In this document: piece by piece, positions 24,476-37,800 of the stretch
Layout: the number at the start of each line of letters is the position of its first letter
How positions within the stretch are numbered: the stretch's first letter is position 1
Source of the DNA: Tubulanus polymorphus
Lineage: Eukaryota > Animalia > Nemertea
Reading direction: 5' to 3'
DNA length: 64,000 nt
NCBI RefSeq assembly: GCF_964204645.1
Contig: NC_134026.1
Location: forward strand, 19,316,150 to 19,380,149
Notes under the pieces: generated by a model
Database searches by the model: none
The model's input: the letters and a program-made list of their open reading frames with translations, nothing else
Told to the model about the DNA's origin: nothing
Position numbers and translations under genes: made by a program

Positions 24476-25473
24476 ACTGACGGCGCGTAAAAACCCCGAT
24501 GTACAAAAACCATCTGTGTAGAAACTGCTGTTCACTTCATACTTAAGAAACTAGACGCGTGTCTCTCATATACAGTACAAGTTAATCGGTGAAAATGCAG
24601 CTGAAAATACTGTTAAGAATATAAATTTCCGGTGTTTTTAAAAAGGTATTATCAATGAATTCATCGTTGTGCGGTACGTAGACTACCGTACGGATTGAAG
24701 AAACTGGCACCTTGCTGATTATTCTCTGTATTGTCAAAACAGAGGAAAATACTTGCATTACCAGAAGCCAGACTCGGATATTCAATGAATTGCATATTTC
24801 GATGCGAATTATGATTAATTTATATTTTTGACGATAGTCGCGTTTGATAATTGTCATATCTGCTAACGGTATAGGTACATTGCATATGTATGTACTAAAT
24901 AATGTTCAATCGTTGCGCTTCAATGTTGATTTTCATCATGATCACTGTAAAAAAATTTCCCGCCAGTAATGTGTCATTGTGTTGTACTAGTACACGATTA
25001 TAAACCTGTGCCCATCCGTCATGTGTTCATATATCGTGCTAATGGTCATCTTGTGTCTGTCATGCGCATACGTCATAGTTTCATCTGCGCACTGGCTAAA
25101 ATAACATATCGGCGAAATCAACTTTGCCACGCTTGAGAAATTTTGTTTTATTCCGCCAGATAATGGGCAAATTGCTTTTAATGGATAGGTTTTTAGACGA
25201 GCGTGCATACTTTGATGGGAAAATTGTTAGCATTCGCCTTTACTTATTACTTGTATTCATGTCAAAAGAAGAAAAAGAAAGAAATTGTATTATATTTAAA
25301 GTTTTATCTTGTCTGGGTTATTTTTTGTTGTATCTAGCAAGGAGAGGATTTGTGCTTCTGCCCACGTAATCTAAATTGCTTTTCGGAGTGATTTCAGACA
25401 CATTTAAAGGTAAAAATGATGTATCAGGTTTGGAATGGAGACCCATCTGTTCTATGCGTTATTAGATCTGCTA

Positions 25474-25738
25474 TTTAGCCCACTTGTCACTTAATTCACA
25501 GTGGGCTATTGCAATCACTTATCATCCAGTCCATCCAGTTATTTTGGGAAGTTTTGAAAATGTATTGGCCAGTTTTTGGGCTTCAGATGTGTCTAGGGTG
25601 GTAACATGTATCAACCAAATATCGAGACGATCCAATGAAGTGTCTTCAAAACTTTGCAAGATTACAGGATTCTATCCATACATGGACGAAAAGTGAATGC
25701 TATAGTCTGCTCGGAATCGAGTCCCAAGTGGGTTAAAA
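25474..25738. mobile_element. Fold-back derivative of the Helentron/HINE family at 40916-42178
   Basis: Both ends carry the TTTAGCCCACTTG hairpin terminus, in opposite orientation. Internal sequence matches 42002-42180. Confidence 0.7.
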
Positions 25739-26481
25739 ATCGCTGTTCTCAACTGATTCGAGTTTGGAATTCGCCATTTCAGTTTCTGATTCGCCATTAT
25801 TATGTGTAGAAAATGCATCAAGTTCCCTAAACAAATTAAGTTAAGTCTAAAGTGAAGCCACAGTGTACTTATAAATAATTTTATTATCACTTTAAGGACA
25901 TAAAGTACAAATGTTTACATTAAGCACTATAAAATTACAAAATAAAAACCTACACGGACATTTCACGTTTGATCGGGTTAGAATGCAGTTAAAACACTAA
26001 TAGTATCATGCAACTTGTTCTTCGATGAATAAATAAAAATGTGAAACCTTATTCCTTCGCGTAGACTGCATATAAACGCCCGGATAAGAATATTCAAAAT
26101 CAGAGTATTACAACACCAACAATCTTATCGAATTGAATAGGTTAAAATTTACAGGCTGAACGACATTATCCGAAATCTATTTAAACTAACCTTGTACGGA
26201 TAAAACACAATACCGTATGAGGCATCCACAATTGGAGAACTGAGCATTTTTCTAAATGCTAACTTCAATCAAGAATGCTTTACAGCTTTTAATATGATTT
26301 AAGAACATTTTTGGCACGATTTGTATTGCACGAATCTACCAGATCAAAATAAGTATTAGAGATAAGTACCGTAGTCATTTTGTAAACCGAGTACTAATGA
26401 CTATTTCAACTTGTTTGAAAAAGAACGTACCCCTAGCTCAGCTAGCTTAGGTAGTTAGTACATACACGACATATGTCTTAA

Positions 26482-27306
26482 AGATCAAGTGTAACAGTGA
26501 CCTACCGGTACCGGTATTCATCAAATTTCTAATTATGATCTGATTCAATAGATAACTAACCTATATGCCAGTAATAGATATAATTTTTTCGATAAGCACT
26601 GAACTTAATAAATATGAGTTTGAAAAATGAATAACAAATGCGAAAATATTCTGAATGCACACTGACTTGCTATGCGTGTGACGTCATGCGAGCTACAGTG
26701 AATACCTGCACTGTACACACGTCATTGTCAGTGTATGTTTTATCGGTTTTTTTCCTACTCGATGTCAACTGAGTTCATGATAAAACATTGGTATTATCAT
26801 TATTTTCATCAGACCTCTAATCATTTAGATGTAATCAAGATATGACACGAATTTTTTACCTCCAATCGGCACAGTACAGCGCGGTAAACGCGGTAACCGG
26901 CAAGGTAAACACAACTACTAAGATGATCAGTAGTATTTCCCACGCCTCTAAGAGACATAAACCACATGCTGATGAATGTACTACGCATTTAAGCCGGTCA
27001 TATAAGATAAACAGGGTTAACTAAAACTTTAAATACCATGTATATCAACATGAAACTAGAAATTCGCGCTGGCTTGATTTCAGCATGTAGCCCCTATTGT
27101 GTCATCATCAGCACCATTTACCGTACATGGGTGTCAGACGAACTACACTATGTGAAAATACCTTCAAATTGACACTTTTCAATCACTTATATTTCAGTAA
27201 TCCATCACTCATTACAGCTAAAATTTCTCAAGAATGATTATTATGTATTTATGTAACATAATCTATCGTTAAAAACAAAGGCTAAATTGTGGGCTACACT
27301 TGATCT
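26482..27306. mobile_element. Non-autonomous TTAA-targeting DNA transposon (Kolobok-like)
   Basis: TTAA-AGATCAAGTGTA ... TACACTTGATCT-TTAA. Confidence 0.75.
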
Positions 27307-27438
27307 TTAAGAGGACCAGAATGGATTGGCTGCTGAACTAAAACATTGATTATCAATTAATTTTTCACTAAAATGGAGGATTGCGAAAAAATTCCGGCTC
27401 AAATTTGACTGGAGAATGTTTATTAGAATTATGAACTA

Positions 27439-27960
27439 CAGTCAACCTCAGTTAATCCGTATATTGGGTTTTTAAGTACGGATTAAGTGATGTACGGATA
27501 ACAGATTATCCGTAGTTCTACGAATTAACCATGAATCATATAAACTATGATTTAACCACGTAACCAGTACGATTGCCCCTTTACAGATGTTTGAATAATC
27601 TACTTGAAATCATGTGGCTACAATAAGACACTTGAAAACAATATAAAAGCAGGTACCATCATTAAATGGAGGAGGTCGACAAGATAACATCGATGGATTA
27701 CTTCAGTGTTTTATGGAGTTTCTCATATTTCCAACTGACGACATTGACCTCATTAGATTGCATTGTTAATTGAGGTTTTACAAAGAAATTGGGTTATGGG
27801 ACCGTATTGTCTACAGTATAAGTGGAAATACAGATTATAGAGAACTAATTAGACACAGGATTTAAACGGAATAACGTTACTGAAAAACATAACCAACTTA
27901 TTCATATGGAATGAACACTTACATGGTTTAACCAGGGGGCGGATTAACCGAGGTTGGCTG
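27439..27960. mobile_element. Tc1/pogo (Tigger-like) MITE
   Basis: TA-CAGTCAACCTCAGTTAATCCG ... CGGATTAACCGAGGTTGGCTG-TA. Confidence 0.8.
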
Positions 27961-28839
27961 TACATGTTATTTTAAACTCCGAGTAACTCTAACCCATAAC
28001 TGGGTCCTGAGATTCACCGCTCAAACATCGACTTAGGTAACAAAATTTTTGTTAACTGGCATGAATTTTCAGAATGTTATTTAGATTAAATCCTCCAATA
28101 TGATATGTACCATAGACGGAATATAGACATCGGTAAAACGTTAAAACATAAATCACTATATAAAACACTAGCACATGTATTCAGCTCTAAATCTGAGTTT
28201 TGATCAAATCAAGAGTTAATTAATTAAGTCAAGGTAAAACTAGTTAACCCGAGCTCAGGTCGGCCGATCAGATCGTCATAATGCAGCGGTCAATGATAAT
28301 CCCGTACCCCTGTCTGACATAGTCACGTATTAGACGTTGAATTTGTGACGAAAACACATTTCAAACAAGAACAAATTCCTGTCGATCATACTTTAAATAA
28401 ATGTCGAATTTCTGTCGATAATAGATTTGCATTACTATTGTAGATTTTAATTAATAAAGGCAATTATAAAATAATAATTCATTTATTCATATAGGGCATT
28501 ACTATGAAAATATTTGTCATGTTAAGCCCTGTATAACAATGTAAATTCCTATCATTCCATGATCTTTTTGATCGAATGAAAACCAGTCGATCAAGGGTTA
28601 TTGATTGATATGAGTGTTTTGATGTCGAATCCTGACAGTACGATAATGGTAATCGTGTCGATCTAGTGTCCAGTTCCTGACTAGGGGGATACAGGATTGT
28701 CATTGACCACTGCATAAGAACAGCAGTAGTAACGTTGATTGCCGATTAATGTGTCTTTCAAGAGCACTCCGGTCGACTACAACTCAATCATCGCCGAGTC
28801 ATGTGACGCCATACTCGTCATGCGACCCAACACCATGCG

Positions 28840-31800
28840 TTAACTGTGACGTCCGGCATTTGTAAAGGAGGTGCAGTGATGCATAAAACAATGATTACAA
28901 ACACGAACTGGCTTCATGTGACCGTAATGAGGTAATGGAATGAAATTCGCCGAACATCGTGAGCAGAAGATCTAAAGACAAAGAAAAACGACCGGAATCA
29001 TCACTTTCGTCCTGAATAATATTAATGATAATAATGTGTAGTCCAACTTCATTACAACAAACTCGAGGCACGGATCAGAAATTCTAGTATAAAATGGTTT
29101 GCACCCCATAGCTAAAGTAGATTACAGTCACTTATTTACTTTCACTTGTAAAATTGTGAAATAATAAATTATCTACCAGTAATAAGGTTTGAAGATCTTA
29201 TAATCAATCCTCTATGTTAATCTAGTTGACATAGACCCTTCTCATACTCTGAACCAGTACTCCCAATTAATACTTAACCTGGTCTAATTAAATCTATTTC
29301 TTAAAAACTCAAATTTTAAAACTCATTTGTTCTTTCAAGCTTTTAATTTCTAAGGTTTAGTTTTTTCTTTGTATCATGTAGGCAATGCCCAAAAAATTAA
29401 AATAATAATCATCATCATTTTTATTGATTATTCTTGCTCATGACCTTCACTACTACGTACATGTACTAACTTAGTCCAACTTATTCAATTCATGGCTATT
29501 CATTTCATTCATCTTACCTTTCCACAGTTACGGCAGTGGTGCCTTCGTCTGACCAAAGTAAAGAGATCTTTACAAGTTGAACAGCTTTGACACACTTCAT
29601 CTGGTACCCAAGTAGGCGGCTCTAAAAGACAAACATTTGAACTAATATTCAATTTTTTCTTCCTGAAATCAATTTTTCGGCATACCAGTTTTTCATTGTT
29701 TTTACCAGACCATATGTAAGAATTCAGCCCTAGGGTTTTAACCTTAAAATGTCCAGTCTACGTGGTAGAAAATCTTCCAGTCTCAAAACATCTGGCTTAT
29801 ACAAAGTCCATTGTATTTACCTCGAACAAGTCGTTGCCCGTTTGGTCTATAAGTGTATCGTGGGGTGCGAACTGCTCCGGGACTCGGTTTCGGGGATTTT
29901 GCCGGTGATTGTATGATCGTATCCGAGCTGTGCATTTCAAATACGACTCTCAGTATGTTCCTCAGGTCGCTGGCGTAGTTCGTCTGCAGTTGGTCAGCCA
30001 CACCTGAACAGAATGCGATATATTGCATATAGGATGTTATAGGAAACTGGTAAGCAACCAAATAGCAACTACGAAATCTTTATTTCTTATGCGTAACCCT
30101 ATCAAGAACACCCATTCTGCATGATTTATACTGGTAACCAGGTTTCTGGTTAATTTTTCAGATTTATTCACAAACCATTACATCGATTTCTATATCATTC
30201 ATGATTTATCAACTAACACATCAAAATGATGTCCTTGCAATTCCTTGATATGATCCCCAAAACCTGACATGACTTTTACACAGGGCACATGAAAAATCAA
30301 TCAGTTTTTCTACGTGAGTACCGGTATGTAACTGTAGCATTACTGAGCTGATGGGGTCTGAAATCAGCACCCAAACAACATTCATTTGATAGATGGAATA
30401 ACTAGAAAATAGTAGATGTCAAGCTTAGTCACCTGCCCTGGTTACAACATAGACGCCTCAGAGGCGATATGATTGAGGTGTTCAAGTACCCGAAGGGACT
30501 GTATAAGGCGGATAGTCCCAGACTTCCACTTCTCGATCGAGGCGGAAGAAACCTCAGGGGCAACACTAAGATGCTGCAGAAGGTCCGATGTAGACTTGAG
30601 GTCAGAGCGAACTATTCCTCGAATGGAGTAGTAAACAGCTGGAATGACCTACCCAGCAGCGTTGTATCCGCGCCTACTGTCAACTGCCTCAAGAGCCGAC
30701 TGGATAAACACTGGGAGGACCAACCCGAGGTCTACTTTCCCACCTGCCAAAATTTTTAGGTTGACAATGTGGAAAACCACGCATGCCACCACTAGTGTCG
30801 CTTATTGCCAGACCAGCGAACAGGCCTCCCCAGGGCCTCAAACGCTGAACAAAGTCAAGTCAAAGTTAATAATGCATGATAAATAATCGGAATCTACGTA
30901 CCAGCTATGCAGACAAATAATCGATGAATAAGGTCATCACTGCTGTGGAATCGTGCACGCGCTTCACTCTGAGATGCTATTTCAGCTGCTCGTATAGCCA
31001 TAGCAATTTCTTCTTCATCCTGGCATTCCGAATTGTATGAGCTAGTGTCTGTACTATTGAAACTGAAAAAACAATTTTCCCAATTGGGGAGATACCAGAG
31101 AAGAACTTCTGATCAAGAAATTGACGGCGGCTTACACCACTCAGCCACTGCACTTTTCTTCAGTTATATGCCTGCGTCTGTCTTCAGCACATTTCAGTGA
31201 TACCAATATAATTAGATTTGAAAGGATTCCAGATAAGAAGTTTTATGCAGCCAAGTCGTTTGATTCAAAAACGCACATCTTTTCTCGAAGGCTCTTTTTT
31301 GTCAACAAAGAAATTTCTATTTCTCCCATTTCTATAGGTCATTATTAGATTAGCAGGTATGACTGTGTGTTTTGTCGATTCAGGTGGAGAGGCTCAATAT
31401 AAAAAAACACATACCTCATACAATCTTCTTTATCTGCGCAAGAACAAGACAATTCCGAATAATCAGCCATCAGCTGCTTTTCACTCACGTCTTCATCACC
31501 ACCAACCGCGCTTGTTTTCGAGTCTTCACTTTTCGATGGCAAATCCTGATCACACAAAGCATCGATACTCTTCATCGAAAAATCGTCATCGTCGTCGAGG
31601 TCATCATCAACCCCATCGTTATCTATCGAAGTGAACGCGGTGCCGTTTCCGACGTCTGCGACGGAATGACCCATGCGGAAATGTCGACTATCGTCTTGGC
31701 GATTAAAGTCGTCCATTTTATGTTCGTAAGCACCTATTTCATATCTCGATAAACTTTTGTCGTCGCCGTCAGGATCGGGCGAATCTTTGTTACTAATATC

Positions 31801-34800
31801 ACAGCCGAGGCGTATATCGCTTTTCGCGCTTTCGGTCGTCGCCAATTCAACGTCCATGAAACCAACGCGTTCCGAACAGCTAGCACCTGTTTGTCGTTCC
31901 TCGACAGTCGACTCGGTGGTCGCTGCTTGCGCTTTGGCAGACGGAACAATCGAACTCGAATCAACGTGCCCACGACGATCACCGGTCGATTCGATGGAAT
32001 CGAACGAGCTACGACTTTCGCGACGAGCGGAATGTTCGTCAGTATTGTCTGATTCGATGATATCACAGCATTCGCCTATGGAACTCGTACTCGCCGCGGG
32101 TAAATCGCCACACCCGACTATAGTCTGCTTCGATTCGGACTGCGACATGTAATAGTTTTCGACTATGGCTTGCGTTTGTATACACGTCGCGGCAGCGGCA
32201 GCGGCAGCAGCAGTAGCAGTAGCGTGGTGGTGGTCCACTTCAACGCAGTGATGGACTGGACTCGCTAACAAGTCGGTAGTCATAGTTACCGGCTCATCGA
32301 CGTTACACAAAGTCTTTTCTAACGTGTGTAGTTCTTCGTCACTTAAAGTCTTCAACAATTGTCTGAAATCGAAAAATTTATTTAACAAGAAAGAATTTCA
32401 CTTGTTATGGGGTTCATTATATATTGTTAAAGTTCCAAAAATAAGACACAAGTAATGGGGAGCCAGCACACTACCAGATGAAGCAGTTGGTCTAAGTACT
32501 GGAAATCACAATTAGCTCAATTTTGATCAACTTTTATCTGGAATTTTAGGTTAAGGAATCCAAATATATGTACCACTATTATATGAGTCGCCAAACAACA
32601 TTCATCTACTAAACAAATAGTGACTAAACTCTAGTCACTATTCAGACTTATGTAGAGTGGTATGGGCGAGTGGTATGGGCGAGTGGTTTGGGCATTCAAG
32701 TGGGAAGCCAGGTTGTGGGTTTGAACCCTGCACATTACCGTAGTGTCCCTGGGCAAGACACTTAACCTCATTGCCTCTCTCAACTGAGGAGCTAACAAGT
32801 TACTGGCCTGAAAGCGACTCATGAGGGCTTCGTAGCAGCTCTGGTGCTACATGACCCTGGGCACAAATGACAGGTATAGAGTTAGACATAGAAATACTGC
32901 TAGCGTACCAAACGGAAGACAATAGAATCCCCGATTACCGTAAAGTAGCGTATTGCCGGTAGGTAACCCACCGATGTGAACGAACCTTATTTTTGACAAC
33001 AAGTTTTGAAAAGGACGAAACATTTCGGACATATCAACAGGCAGTAATTCCGTGCAAAGCGGTCCATTTGGAAAAATGAGCAAACCCCTGAAAATAAAGC
33101 CAATATTTCAAATTTAAAATCCACTTTTATACAAGCAGGCTGAAATAAGTCTGCATACACGAGCACACGAGCGGAAAACTGTGCTGTGCACTTTGCGTCC
33201 ACATTATTCAGCTGATGTGCTGGGCCATCTATATCTTTTCAACACAAAAGAAAAATATCTTACTTGAACCTTGGAGTATTCATTTTTTCGAAAAAGCTAC
33301 TAATTTAGTAACTAAATGAAAGGGAGCTTGCTTATATAAGTAAATAAACTCTGCGAAAGTATGAGCAACCTACGAAGTGTGTTACTTAAGTTATCATGTT
33401 TCCTAGCTAAAATGTCAATCTGGTGTTAGCAAGCAAGTCCATCAAAAACAGCTTTTCATAGCCTACAGATCATTGATACAGTTTTATCTTGATCCATTGA
33501 AAACCGTAAGACAACATTTGAATCCTGGTAGAGACAAGAATTTCTTTTGTTGATATTCTTGATCTTGCCTCCTTCTTCCTCAACAACAGAGTACACGAAA
33601 TATTGAGTCTAATAATCAAGCTGTTAATGTACTTAGATGATGGGTATACCCTGTATGTGTAACACTTACCCTACAATTGCCAGCCTCGGTATCGTAAACA
33701 TTAAGGCAGGATCGCAATCTTCGATCATATCTTGACTCAAGTACTTTTTCTTGATCGCGCGTTGAATTGTCTCCGAAAACAAAACAATCACATCTTGCAT
33801 CGTTTCGTAATCTTTGAACGTTTTCACAGGAACCATCGCACTCACATAACTATAATGATAATGATAAAATACAGTACGTTCATTATGCACAATGTAACTT
33901 CACCACATTGGGCAGGGGCGGATCTAGGAAAATGTGAAGACAGGGGTCTAGAAGAAATGACTACAGCATTTTCCAGATAAAGCAAGGCTTTGCAGGCTAA
34001 AAAGCGAGGTCCCATCCTCGGTGTTAATATTAATCTTTTAAGGAAAGCATACGGAAATTCCTAAGAGGATGAGTGTCAAATTGACAGATTTTACTTCATC
34101 TCGATTTGTCTAGAGGAGGGCAGGGGTCTGGACCCCCGAGACCACCCCTTTAATCTGCCCCTGTTGGGCGCCATTGACAAGATATCCTGTCATTCGTCAG
34201 ATCGCACCATTGACGAGATATCTCGGTTTTTATATTCAGTACTAAGTTTAATCGTCATTCCACAGAGAGCATCAAAATAATTTTTAAAAGCCTGTAAGAC
34301 TTTTATAGACGAAGATACTAAACGAAGTTGGATTTTTTGGACCAAGAAAATGTGTCTTGACTGGATTGGATTTCATAGATCGCGTAAAAAATATCAGAGT
34401 TCAAAAGTTATGAGTTCATCTAACAAAGGTACAACAGGCATGTGAAACTAGTCAAACCGATTTATGCTTTTGCTATGTAAATATGAAATTATTACTACTG
34501 TGATCTACACTCATTTGAAAATACAGTGGACCCACTGCATGTAAAGGAAGCACTAAATCGACATACCTGGAAAGTGGATTTTGATTTATTTTGAACATTA
34601 TTTACAGACCATTTGCAAAGAATACGATTTTGTTAAGTGTTTTTTTAGCAAAAATAATATACATATATACTTTTAATCGCGCTGTTGTTTTAATTAACCA
34701 TTAATTAATTATTACTCACACAATCAGTTAGACATCTGTCAATTCGACACCTGTGATAACAGTTTGTTTTGTAATTAATTGTGTGTCCAAACATGTCTGT

Positions 34801-37800
34801 CAACTTTTATAGTATTATATAATTAGAATGTAAATCCATGAACAAGCAGTTGAGTTTGAAACAAGTCTTGGAGCCTGATACATCTTGCAGGCAAATTCCC
34901 AAGCTACTCGATTGAGAATCTAAAGAATAAAATCGTCTACGTTCAGTGCTGAAAACTACTAGCTTTCTCATTGTTGCATAACTCAGGATTTAATCGTAGC
35001 TGGAGCTTCCCCGAAAGACGAGTTAGAACAATTAGTTGTGTTAAAGTTTCTCTAGATTTCATTGACCCTAAAGATTACCTCCTTTTTTACAGCTGGGTGT
35101 GTAACCACAAAAAACAAACTAACTCCTAAGTTAACCGCTTATGAAAGCCTCTTCTCTACAGGTGCACCTGACTACATCGTACCTGTTAAATAGTACCCAC
35201 CTGAATTCAAATTCGGCAAAAAGCTGATCAAACATAGTCAGGGCTTCTTTGATCTGAAATATCAAAATAACATACATACTGATACCTGGTATTTTCAAAT
35301 ATGCTATCTAAGATACTATCTAGGTGAGTTAACAGCAATTGAAATAAGCCCATAACTCACCATTACGGTAACCTAAATCTAAATTGGACTTAATTCTTAA
35401 AACTTAGTTTTCAATTTGAAGAGATTGAGCACAACATCAAATTCAGGGTAGGTTGAACCGAAGTCGAAACCGAAAGTTACAATTTCAACTATCATGCAGA
35501 ATGATGGACTAAAATTACAGTCTTGCATAAGAATAGATAAAGAGCCGATATGAGTGGTCTTACTCTCAGAGATTTGGTTCGTTAAAACTTTTATACAAGT
35601 TCACAGTTATCTTATGAAGTGTGATTCAAACATCATAGTAAAATACACGATGGGCAAAAAACGAATTCGATAATTCACTCACAAGATTCGAATAGTGGTT
35701 AACGTTTTTCAGCGATTGTTCGCGTAACATAGCGCGTAGATTGTCGAGCGTTCTCGTCAACGCTCGTGCCAATGGTCGCATGCTGCCACTTTCCGGTTCT
35801 CGATTCATGATACTCGATCCCGCGGCTAAACACTGAAAACAACAATAACAACCGACTATGAATGAAATGAGATGATGATAAAAGTAGAGAAACTGAATCG
35901 ACGAGTTTTAAAGGAGAAAATTTCTAATTTCGAGGAAGCGTCGCTTTCATATCCCAATTACTGTGGACTCCTCCTAAATCGATACCGTATATTTCGGTGA
36001 AACCATTAATTTGCAGGTTTTGTAAGCAAATTTTTCATATTTGGCAACCACCTAAGCGGGTAAAAACAAATCGCAACTATACCGATTTAGGCCTAGTTCA
36101 ACTACATACTAGACAAAGATTCATAGCTGCCTATTTCTCAAAATTGAAGGAGAATTCAAAGGAGTTTCAGTATTTTGCTCAAATTAAAGGGGTTTCAAGC
36201 ACCTTTAAAAGCATTTTCCGTTTGAAAGAGTTGTTAAGCAATCAAGGAGTTGTACTGACTAATAACATAATTGAGAAAATGGTGATTAAGTTGATAATTA
36301 TGGTGATAATGTTGATAATATCATTCAAATAATGATAAATTATCAAAGTGTCAAATGTCTGACGTGACCCCAGGCAACAGATTGATACCTGCGTTAAGTC
36401 GATTATGGCACGTTTAGTGTGAAATTTACCTCAGCCCCGAACCATAATTGGCCAGATAGATTTTCTTGTACAACGTCGTCGGGAAATTTCGCTCGGAAGT
36501 CACGATTGGCGCGACTGTGCGGTATCGCCTCATTCATGATCGACTGGATCACGTTGAGAACTTTGTCCTGGCAAGCGCGCAGCTGATTGACCAGCAACGT
36601 ACATCGTTCGGGATCCTTGCGACCGTCGAAACTGTCCAACTCGGAGGCGACTATATTCAAATCTTCGTCGGCGTAATAGAATCTGGCGAGCAACGACGGA
36701 TCACATTTCTGTTGTCAAATTAAGATAAACAAAGTCATTACAATTAAAAAAATCAAGTCCAATTAAATCTAGTCCTTCGATGGATGATTTAAAATCTAAA
36801 CCCATTTGTATATGATGTTTTATATGGGGTTTGGCTGAATAAATTAGTATCAATTATCATTAATAATAATCGTTAACTCTATACACTGAGATTTATATCA
36901 GTTCACTGCAGCTGTGTAACAATATATTTCCTATAGGTTTCCATACCTACAAACCATAAATACTGACGATTTGAAAAACAAACATCAGTTGGTTGGCATG
37001 GAAAAATATCATTAAACTTGACTATATTCAAATCTTCGTCGGCGTAATAGAATCTGGCGAGCAACGACGGATCACATTTCTGTTGTCAAATTAAGATAAA
37101 CAAAGTCATTACAATTAAAAAAATCAAGTCCAATTAAATCTAGTCCTTCGATTGATGATTTAAAATCTAAACCCCTTTGTTCATCAAAGCTCTTAATTAA
37201 ACTCGTTTTAGCTTTCTCTGTTCTCTTTTTGTATATGATGTTTTATATGGGTTTTGGCTGAATACATTAGTATCAATTATCATCAATAATAATCGTTAAC
37301 TCTATACACTGAGATTTATATCAGTTCACTGCAGCTGTGTAACAATATATTTCCTATAGGTTTCCATACCTACAAACCATAAATACTGACGATTTGAAAA
37401 ACAAACATCAGTTGGTTGGCATGGAAACATATCATTAAACTTGAAAATGGTGTCTTCGTTCTGTGATGCAACCCCATGTAAAGAAGAATTTTTGCAATCC
37501 TTCGATACAGTACAAAATGGATCAAAATTCTACGTTTTAGTTTAGCTGCCCGTCTGCTAGGCCATCAGACGTCCTCTCAAGTAAATTTGGTCAGTTATTT
37601 CTCTATTGAATGATGGCAGCTCCTTCAAACCCAGCATCTTTTTTAAGCTGTTATGTAGATTATCTAGACCAAACGGTTGTCATGCGAAGCGTGCAGTGCC
37701 TATATACATGAACTTGATACTTGATACCCAGTATCATACTTTTCAGACGATTGTTCATTATACCATGTTATAACAAAACAAATTGCAACAAATCGATACT

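Noticed and set aside
24030-24506. 158-aa - strand ORF
   Set aside because: Antisense to the last PUF60 exon plus a small palindromic repeat; no homology evident.
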